DNA of 64,000 nt, taken from NCBI GenBank assembly GCA_951406725.2, contig OX597829.1, forward strand, positions 55,800,001-55,864,000, read 5' to 3'. This stretch comes from Octopus vulgaris. Its lineage: Eukaryota. Positions 54,550 through 64,000 of the stretch are shown piece by piece (the stretch's first letter is position 1; every line of letters starts with the position of its first letter). The position numbers were made by a program, and so were the translations under genes. The notes under the pieces are model-generated. The model saw nothing but the letters and a program-made list of their open reading frames with translations, had not been told where the DNA came from and made no database searches.

Positions 54550-54912
54550 TTAATTTTAACTTGTTTCAGTCATTAGACTTGATAATTTTTAGTCAAATGA
54601 GTGGACCTCAGTACTTATTCTTTAAGCCCAATACTCATTCTATCGGTTCTTTATTCGAACCGCTAAGTTACGTTTGTCGAGTGTTGGTGGGAGATAAGAA
54701 CGAATATAAACACACACACTTAACACACATTATGTGTATATATAAATTAATTATATATAACAATTGTAAATTTAACATAAACTTAATATCGTAATGATAA
54801 TCCTTTCTACTATAGTCACAAGGCCTGAAATTTGGGGAACGGAGGCCAGTCGATTAGATCAACCCCACTACGCAGCTGGTATTTAATTTATCGACCCCAA
54901 AAGGATGAAAGT
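54550..54912 (-). mobile_element. SINE family B 3' half (54550-54720) and family A 3' half (54795-54912)
   Basis: Motif matches to the full copies in this window. Confidence 0.75.
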
Positions 54913-55681
54913 AATATCGTAATAATAATAAAACTTAAAAACAAACAACCAAAAAACTGTGTAGAAATTTTGCTTTGCAGAGCTTTTTTTTTGTGATTAG
55001 ATGCATAATCAAAAACTAATTTTCTCAGAATTTCTCTCTTTGTCGATCAAGAATATTTCACTAGAAAACTCATCAAGCGCTTCCCGTGATAAACATTCAT
55101 TTTATAATTATATAATTATTCTTATTGTAACAAAAGAAAAATGTTGTCAGTACTGTATGTATTATGATGCACGTTGTCAGCTGAATAACAAGGGCACGTT
55201 AGTTACGTAGGAATTGCACTTGCTAGATAATTAATCGTCCACATTTTAGGATCATGCGTGCGTGTGTAATCTCGTAACTGATAGCCAGTGTTGTTACCAG
55301 TATATATGTAAGCTAGCACAAAATGTACTTGGCCGGACCACCAGCGAGTGAACCGGCAATGAAACCAAGCTTGCTTGATGTGAAAGGTGATGTGTGATAT
55401 TTGGAATGGACGTGAATTTACATATCCGTTCCTGTTCTGATCTTAAATCGAGATCTTGTCCATTTTGTTTGCATCCTACAAAGATTAAAGCAAAAACAAA
55501 ACACTCCCCAAAAAGCAACAAAAAACCTCCGACAAATATTGGATTTGCAGTAACTGATTGTAATTTTGAGTATATTACCCCAGTATGGCCACAGTCTAAT
55601 TAATGAAAGCATTAAAAGAATAACCGAAGGATAAAAAACAAAAATAATATTGCTGATATAATAATATTATTTAATATAGAA

Positions 55682-56036
55682 TTATTAAACTCGCCTTAGC
55701 GAAGGTGGAGGTATTGTTTTCAGTTGTGTTTGTTTGTTTGTCCGTGGACAAGATATCTCAAGAACCGCTGGATGGATTTGGATGAAACTTTCAGGGATGT
55801 TTGGCCTCATGACTGGCACGAACTGATTAGATTTTGGGGTCGATCTGGTACGGGACAAGGATTATTTTTTCATTTATTCTTTTACTTAATTTTTGAGAGC
55901 GGTCAGGTTCATTTTTACTATTCTCTTTTGTGAGAGCAGACGAGATATTCTCATTTTATAAATCATCTCTGGCTAATCGTTGAGAGGACGTAGGTGTTGC
56001 CTTGGTGGAGGTTCGCGTTCTCTGAGTGCTCTTGTT
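55682..56036 (+). mobile_element. Helentron-associated non-autonomous element (HINE/DINE-1-like)
   Basis: 5' ctcgccttagcgaaggtggag hairpin, (gttt)n, core ggatggatttggatgaaacttt, 3' ccttggtggag followed by a gcgttctctgagtgc stem-loop; T-rich ends. Confidence 0.7.
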
Positions 56037-56048
56037 AATATTAAAATT

Positions 56049-56715
56049 AATTTATTGACCCCAAAAGGATAAAAGGCAAAGTCGACCTCGGCGGAATTTG
56101 AACTCAGAACGTGAAGACAGACGAAATACCTATTTCGTCTGTCGCTACGTTCTGAGTTCAAATTCTGCCGTGGTCGACTTTGCCTTTCATCCTTTCGGGG
56201 TCTATTAAATAAGTACTAGTTACGCACTGGGATCGATATAATCGACTTAATCCGTTTGTCTGTCTTTGTTTGTCCTCTCTGTGTTTAGCCCCTTGTGGGT
56301 AATAAAGAAATAGAAATAGGTATTTCGTCTGCCGCTACGTTCTGAGTTCAAATTCCGCCCAGGTCAACTTTGCCTTTCATCCTTTTGAGGTCGATAAATT
56401 AAATACCAGTTGCGTACTGGGGTCGTCTAATCAACTAGCCCCCTTCCCGAAAATTCTGGCCTTGTGCCTAGAGTAGAAAAGAATATATTATAGTACGTTA
56501 GAAGGCAGCAAGCTGGCAGAATCGTTAGCACGCCTGGCAACATGCTTGGCGGCACTTCTTCTGTCCTTACGTTCTGAGTTCAAATTCCACCGAAATCGAC
56601 TTTGCCTTTCATCTTTCAAGGACGATATATTAAGTACCTGTGGAGTACTGGGGTCGATGTAATCGATTTACCCCTACCCTGAAATTGCTAGCCTCGTGCA
56701 AAATTCGGAAACAAT
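56049..56715 (+). mobile_element. SINE family A complex: inverted fragment, dimer and monomer
   Basis: 56049-56128 minus fragment; 56131-56485 dimer; 56501-56715 monomer. Confidence 0.9.
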
Positions 56716-57039
56716 ATATCTCGTCAGATAATAACTCATATGAAATACAAAGTACATTCTAATATAAAAGCATATATTTAACCCTCTGTTTTGTACTCCA
56801 ACGTTATAAAATACTTTGGGATATTAGTTATTTAATATCTGCTTCATACATCAAAAGACGATGAAGATAAACTACAATACATAAAAATCTAGTATCTGTG
56901 TATCTGTGTGCTCCGATGTAAAAAATATACATATGGATTTGTATTTAGGATTTAGGTAATTATGTATGTGTGTATGGTTGAACCTTTGCTCTTTTTTCTT
57001 TAGTTTCTGGTTCAAATACGATCTATTCTTTTGTTTTAA

Positions 57040-57390
57040 GACTATACTCTAAGATTTAAACGAGATTTGGCTGCTATATCTAGTAGTTTAAACGTTCGTG
57101 TAGGGACACCCTGGTTGGATAATAAAGAGCTCGATTTTTCCCATATATATATATCTTGATATGTGAATGTAGGGATGAGAAAGTAAGTTGATTCGATGTT
57201 GAATGAGAGCAGTGAAACAGTGACAAGTGGATATATGTCGCTGCTGCATCTGCTACTTCTACTGTCTAATCCCAGATTTACCTTGATTAAATAGGTCTAT
57301 AATCAAAAGCGCTCCAGCCATGACAATTCAACGTCTTTTCACATATAGAGCTGTATTATCTAATATGTGCTTTCTTTCTTTTTTTTATAA
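57040..57390. mobile_element. Degenerate interspersed repeat, unclassified and probably SINE-like
   Basis: gatttggctgcta..tctag motif recurs at ~41740; related inverted segments at ~9735-9870. Confidence 0.4.
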
Positions 57391-58149
57391 TGATAAGATT
57401 TAATTTGGGGCAGAATTTCTGTTGCTTCTGCAGGTTAAGCGAGCATTTATATAAAGTATAATAACGAAGAAATTTAGTGTGATACATATGTAAAGAGTGT
57501 AGCGCTGTTGTTTATCAACAAATACACTCTGTACCTTTTGCATGTGTGGGCTACAAACTAGGGATCGCAAATCATTCTGATGTGACTCTAGTACCTGATG
57601 CTGAGGAGTTGAAAAATACAGCGAAATATCACCTGGTTTGAGATATTCCGTGCTTTTCAACACTCGGCGTCTTAAAGGAACATTTCTCTTGGCGCTAACC
57701 CACAGCTGAGGAGCGCATAAACAAAACACATACAGTATGTAGTGTCCATAATATTTATATCTATATATAATATTATATACACATTTCTGCTGAAACTTCG
57801 ATTCTCTGTTCAAGAAATGAATTTGTACAGAATATATCTGTTTATTTACTACCTTGACTTGGTTTTTTTTCATTCAGCTTGTGCTATTTTTCATGTGTTT
57901 ATATGCTTAAGGCTCTATATTTTAATTTCTTTCATTTCGCAGAGGCCTTTGCCAAACTTTTGCACGAAAAAAGTATTTTCATTATATCTACAAATTATTT
58001 ATTCTTATCACTTATATACGCATGCGTGTGTATGTACAAGTGTGCGTTTTTGATTTATCTTTTTCTTTAGCAATTCTTTTCATATTTTCGTGTAACTTCC
58101 ATGCAGTTTGGTGCGATAAAGTTCCTCAATCCATTAAAATATGTATATA

Positions 58150-58900
58150 GTATGTGGTCATTCGAAATGTTCATAGACATAAGACATAAGATTTGCTAGA
58201 AGTATGTGAACGAAAAAAATCCGTCATAATAGTTATGCCGGAAGACGTTGTGAAAATTAATGAATGACATAGAAACAAATCCATACTAATATTTAACATC
58301 TAGAACATCTTGACTCAAATACAAAGCAATATAATTGCATCATTTCTGTGTGTAAATATTCAGGTAGGGAAAAATACCAGATACATATCCTTTTACACCG
58401 AATACACAAGTTTACAATGTACATATGTACATTGTGATAGGGAATCTCATCACATACGAAATTTCAGTGGTAACACAGGTATCTTACCACTTAGAAGAGC
58501 TTTTCATTTCTTCTCCACAATCAATGAACTAGGTAAAGATATCCACAGAATAGATTAAACTCTTGTCAGCAACGGGTTTTCTAACAAACTAATAGAAAGA
58601 ACAAACATAAAACAATATTGCCACCGATGCAATGCTACAAATACATCAGACACTGAGCCTATTAAAAATACATAAACCACACATAAAGTATATTATATAA
58701 ATCAAAGATATTATTAAAAACCTCATAAAATAGAACAAAAACTGGATTACACAAAGCCATGAACCAACACTAATAATATATTACAAAAAAGCGTTAATAT
58801 TAAAAGAAGCATTCTTGTTAATAACAAACCAGAAGAATAGAAACCCACAAACAATCTGCTAATAACAATGTGATTCATGAATTCGATTGCAAACGTGGAA
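58150..58900 (+). pseudogene. Decayed Penelope-like RT C-terminal region
   Basis: IASFLCVNI..ISFYTEYT..YVHCD..LRRAFHFFST..DIHRID*TLVSNGFSNKLIE (cf. LPFLDV..TSVY.K.T..L.RA...S...E..RIKQ.LVNNGYP...I). Confidence 0.6.
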
Positions 58901-59054
58901 GTTGTAAACCTCGTGACTACAAGTATTATACATGCCATTCGAGTGTGGATCGCTCCCGCTGCCTCATCATGGACGTATAACAAGGATAAAATGCGCTACA
59001 CTATGCAAAACCAAAGAAAATTAAACAGGAAAACATTGACAACACATATATACA

Positions 59055-59454
59055 TCTTTATATATAAAAGTGAAGTTGTGTGAGTGTCTGTCTCTTATGA
59101 TTTAGATTCCTAACTACTCCCACATTTTGTGGTGCAGTTTAACCAAAACCGGGTATCTTATAGTCGTGATTCATATCGAGCCCTTCTGGGTATTAGCGCA
59201 CATCTACGATGAGTCTACGATTTAAAAAAAAATTACCATAATTTTTTCCCATTTTTAATGCATTTTTTTGCTATTATATAAGGGAAGTAACTCTCTAAAA
59301 ATGTATTATTAAATCTCAGAACGTAAAAAGCTACAGTAACACCCCCACCTTTGTGGTTAGCCATATTGAGATGGCTATTATACTTTACATCTCTAAACAT
59401 GCTTATATAGTTATTTCCCTTACAAACCCGAGCAACGCCGGGCGATACTGCTAG
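59055..59454 (+). mobile_element. Non-autonomous Helitron, 400 bp
   Basis: 5' TC(tttatatataaaag); 3' hairpin cccgagcaacgccggg then CTAG; inserted between A and T; no TSD. Confidence 0.9.
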
Positions 59455-59534
59455 TTTGAAGATAAAAAAACAACAAAAACAAAACACTAGGATGACTGAT
59501 GATGTAGAAATTTAAGAGTCAGACTTCAAATTTC

Positions 59535-59870
59535 GGTGTAGGCGTGGATGCCACTGCTTGACACCTTGGGCAAGTGTCTTTTACTATAGCCTGGAGCCGA
59601 CCAAAGCCTTGTGCGCGGATTTGGTACATGGAAACTGGAAGACGCCTGTTGTATATTTATGTGTGTGTGTGTTTGTGTCTGCTTTTCTCCCACCACCGCT
59701 GTTGGTGTGTTTATGTCCACGTAACTTAACAGTTTGGCAAAAAAAGGATAAAAAAGTAGCAGGCTTTAAAAAATAAGCACTGGAGTTAAATCATTCAACA
59801 AAAGAATCTTAAAGGCAGTGCCCCAGCATGGTCGTAGTCTAATGACTGAAACAAGTAAAAGATAAAAAAA
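59535..59870 (+). mobile_element. SINE family B with deletion in the head
   Basis: ccactgc.tg.caccttgggcaagtgtctt.tactatagcc...cagcatgg.cg.agtc.aatgactgaaacaagtaaaaga. Confidence 0.85.
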
Positions 59871-59961
59871 TAAAAGAAATATAAAAACTGCAAAGAACTT
59901 TTATGCGAAAGTACAAATTTCGAGAGAATGCTAAAAGCAAAGTTCCACACTCAACCCCACC

Positions 59962-60028
59962 ACATACATACATACATACATACATACATACATACATACA
60001 TACATACATACATACATACATACATGCA

Positions 60029-60092
<64 letters not shown>

Positions 60093-60110
60093 TAGATAGA
60101 TATAGATATG
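59962..60110. repeat. (ATAC)n(TA)n microsatellite
   Basis: Direct inspection. Confidence 0.97.
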
Positions 60111-60883
60111 CATACATGGGTACAGGAAGTCACCAATCTCTAAACAACATGAAGTACGAAAACAAACGAGTTAAATACGCAAACAACGAGAGAAACAAAT
60201 GGAAAACAGGACGAGTAACACAAATAACGATCAGTTGTCGGCTATCTGTCTACTCCTCATTTCGAGTATTCAACGACAATATGAGTCTCTCCATAAATAC
60301 TAAAATAAAATTTGGCATTTATGGAGGATCAAAGTTGGGAACAAAACCAGGACAGTGGAGACATACAAGGAAACCGAACGAAAACAAACACGGAGGGCCG
60401 TTAAACCAGAATGAGAAGAAATAGTGAACCCTGGGAGGAATATTTTCTTTGTAAAGAGAAAAGACAGAGGAGAGAGATAGAAGACGTCCAATCCTTAGAA
60501 CGTCGTGCATGAAAAGAACGATGGTCACGTGAGGACAAGAAAAATGGACGAATGTCACGAGTGAGCAACGAAAGAGAGGAAAAGAAAAAGAGGGTCCCTC
60601 ACACACGGGAGTCCTATTGCACGCCCTGACACCAACCAAGGGTATTTCTGCATCACACACTAGTTGACTTATATCCTGACATATGTTACTATTCCGGGTC
60701 AAATGAGACCTTGGAATAATAGTAGCTAAACGGTGGTTCCACACTCCTCAAAACCATGGAACTCCCGTACCAGGACCCTACTACCGGATGCAATCATGTG
60801 TGTGTGTGTATTTATATACATACACAGACACATATACGTGCACACATGTAAAACCGTGAGTGCGTATGTATATGGGCATGTGT

Positions 60884-60922
<39 letters not shown>

Positions 60923-63689
60923 TGTGTGTGTACTCGCACATCAATTTTTTTTTATATTTACGGTGATCTATTTATATCTAAACTGTTAACCAACTACCGT
61001 AAACGTTCAAGAAACAAGTATTTTATGTACGAACAAAATATATTTTGTACTAAAATGAAGATTGGGGATCACAATCAGCTACCGATAAAAGCTGCTGTTA
61101 CTATTTAAAACGAAACAATTAAAATACACACGACCTTGAGGGCAAGCTTAGAAATCTACAAATATCATGTCAATTTAGACATGGAAAAATAAATATATAA
61201 TAGAGTTCAATTAATGTTGTGCTGCAGGTTTTTTTTAATATATAAATGCATTATTTAACATATAAAGTAAATATTCATAAATACATGTGTACATTTTAAT
61301 CATTCATCTTCAAGAGAATTTTGTGAAATAATTCTGTAAACAGTTTTAGTCAATGGGAGGGCCAGGGTTTAATTTGACGATACTGATATGCAATCTACCA
61401 TAATACTTGGCTTTGTTCTCATAAATGTAAATGTTAAAAAAACACTCGTGAAAATCTTATGCAAACTGGGACCTTTATCAAGGTGAATACAGTAAAACAA
61501 TATTTTATATTCGTTTATAAGTAGCCTGTGAGTAATCATATAAGTGAAACAGTATGATAATAGGATTAATATCTTAAAATATTTGTAGCTTCTGTTAATT
61601 TTACCTTGACCGTGATCCAGAAACTAAAATTTACACATATTATTGACATAAGCAGATTAATTCTGATTTAGAGTTGAATTGCGTTCAGATTTAATTGCTG
61701 GTTTATAAGAACTCTGCATTTAATTGTGGGAATAAATTATGAACCTTAATCAACATTTTAGTGCAGATTGGGCATTTGTCCACGGATAACATAAATTAAT
61801 ACTGGAAATGATTTGATTAGAACTCGACTATTCATTTTACAAAATTACTTTATTCTAAAATTCAAGATAATTTTTTCCGAGTTAACATTTCTCTAATTAT
61901 GTGTATTGCGTTTGTATGACCTTGATGAGCAGCAGACTCACTCTCAAGGTCGTAACTATATACCTGTTTTACTTTGAATTGTTCTAATCTAATGAACAAG
62001 TCAAGGTCAGCCTTGTTCAAAGTCGATCCAGCTGCAATCAACCCACCTTTGAATATTTAAGAAACGGTGTATCTAGAAATGTATTATTCAATTTATTCTT
62101 TCTTTCAACTTTTTAATATGTTGGTGTACGATTTGATTGAGAGTTAAAACCGTATTTTAACACGTCTAGTGACCATGTAAAGGTTCCTTCTAGAGGCCAA
62201 TTGAATAGTTGTTCTGTTGTAACTCTGCTGCATCCCTCTACTTCCTACAAATCACCAAATCTTGAAGGACAACTATCGAAACTAATGACAGAATATTGTT
62301 ATTTTTAATATACCAGCATGTTAATCTAATGCTACAAAAGCTAGAAAGTAGCTATTCGCTATGATGTGTAAATATTTCGAATAAAATATTAATCCTAATT
62401 TTGTAAATGATCATTTCACAAACGAATTCGATTTGTATGATTTTCCTATTTCATACACCATAGCTAACTATTATTCCATGTATTTTTGAAGAAATATCAG
62501 TAAATCTTTATTATTGAGCGTCATACTGAAACTGTTTTTTTTCCTTTGCATACATTTGTGAGTATGGTGGATTGGTAAAAACGTTAGAGAGTTCGATGGA
62601 ATAGTTTGTAGTGTTTGGTAATGATCGTTTACGTTTTAAGCTTAAAACCTACCAGTTTCAACCAGCTCGTTCCTCCTTCAAAGGACGACGAAGATACTAC
62701 AAAAAAGTACTGGTGTTTGATATTAGCTCTTGAAATATTCGAAGGTTATGTCCAGGAATGATCGTTACTCAAACGTTTAAACGAGTAAAAGAATAAAAAC
62801 AAAGCAATTCAGAAAGTAGAATGTGTTGATTTGATGTAAAAAAAGAGTAGAGCTTTGATGCCAGATCGCTTTTCGCATGACTCTTGTCAGTCATAGAAAC
62901 AGGAGAAACAAACTCACACAATTTTCCAAACTTTTTGTACTTAGTATTTGCCGACACCGACCACTAGTTCTCGGATTCTACTTCAAAAGACCCGACCCAC
63001 TTATTTATGATATTTCCCATAACCATAAAATTAGTTACAGCAATTTATTAGAACATTTCTAGTTAAGTATATTCTCTGCCTTGCAAATATTTATTTAACT
63101 TAAAATAAAACAGATATAAGCAACTAGGGAAGGAGCGATATCTGAAACTAATTCACTTATGCCGTTATTGCTCGTATTTAGATATATAGTTTTCTGATTT
63201 GACAATCTGAAAACTTGCCCCAATATTAGAAATTGATTAGTACTAGTTAGAGCGGTTGAGATGGCTAAGACAGTTGAGCTCTATAATGACGACTTCACTA
63301 TATGAGTTCATCAACATACTGCTTTTATTTCAAATCTTGTTGGTTTGAGATCATTTCACTAGTATATAGTTATGTAGTCCTCTGTTAACGCTTCTTAAGC
63401 AAAATCGTTTCAGCTACGTTTATTATGTTGTTTTGAGGTATGCAGGACTGCATTAGCAAATGTGTCCTTCCTTCGTTTCTCTAAGAGTACTGATAGGTTT
63501 AAAGGATTTTTCATATTTAGGAAAATATTTGACATCAAATAACAAAACTATATCTATATGATCGAAAAAATAAGAAACCCGAAAACATGTTTTTTTTTTT
63601 ATTTTGCTGGTTCTGGCGGGGTACAAAATGCGGAACGTACCCAGAACAGAATATGAATATTTTCAGTTAAATTTTCTTTTGCTTCACAG

Positions 63690-63775
63690 AAGCATTGCAC
63701 AACAAACCGTATGCACCCCTAAAAATAGAGTTTTGCAACATCATAAACATGCAACGCAAGATTTAAAAGAAATTG
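63690..63775 (+). other. Candidate 86-nt spliced exon of an unidentified transcript
   Basis: ttttcttttgcttcacag| acceptor and G|GTAAGA donor; one open frame (SIAQQTVCTPKNRVLQHHKHATQDLKEI). Confidence 0.3.
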
Positions 63776-64000
63776 GTAAGACTATAAAGAAGATGAATAT
63801 ACCTAATAGTAACACATTTCGTGCCAGATAGACTAAAAATGAAATTCATAAAACAGATTACCTACAAGAACGGCGAACAAACTTCCAGCATTACAATGCT
63901 TAATTGCGTTCTATTATCTTGAATATCACCTGCAGACGTTGAAAGTCTGTGTTCCTAATCTTTGGTTTAGCAAAATAAACACCAAAGAGCACTCAATATG

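Noticed and set aside
60115-60795. Complex segment between microsatellites with 102 and 141 aa ORFs; probably a retroelement end
   Set aside because: Single copy in the window, no diagnostic protein motif or complete ribozyme core, so it cannot be classified.

Overview
AT-rich, microsatellite-saturated eukaryotic DNA, intergenic or intronic. The SINE families and repeat landscape look like an Octopus (cephalopod) genome; this is inferred from memory of those repeats, not from a search. I found no intact host protein-coding gene, rRNA, tRNA gene or CRISPR array, and nearly all long ORFs in the track are microsatellite artefacts. The window is mostly transposable-element remnants: tRNA-derived SINEs, R4/Dong-like (RLE) and Tx1/L1-like non-LTR retrotransposon 3' ends, Penelope-like (PLE) and RTE fossils, a DD37D Tc1/mariner, hAT/pogo/foldback MITEs, a non-autonomous Helitron and a Helentron-like element. 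Three things stand out. (1) A ~7 kb nest (23.9-31 kb) where R4/Dong-like and non-coding elements sit in (TAA)n arrays with strict strand polarity, while Tx1-like elements sit in the same arrays in the opposite polarity. (2) A cluster of hammerhead-ribozyme-like motifs at 5.4-6.5 kb. (3) Many near-perfect palindromes that could form dsRNA. A few splice-site-bounded candidate exons are low confidence. Coordinates of degraded elements are approximate.
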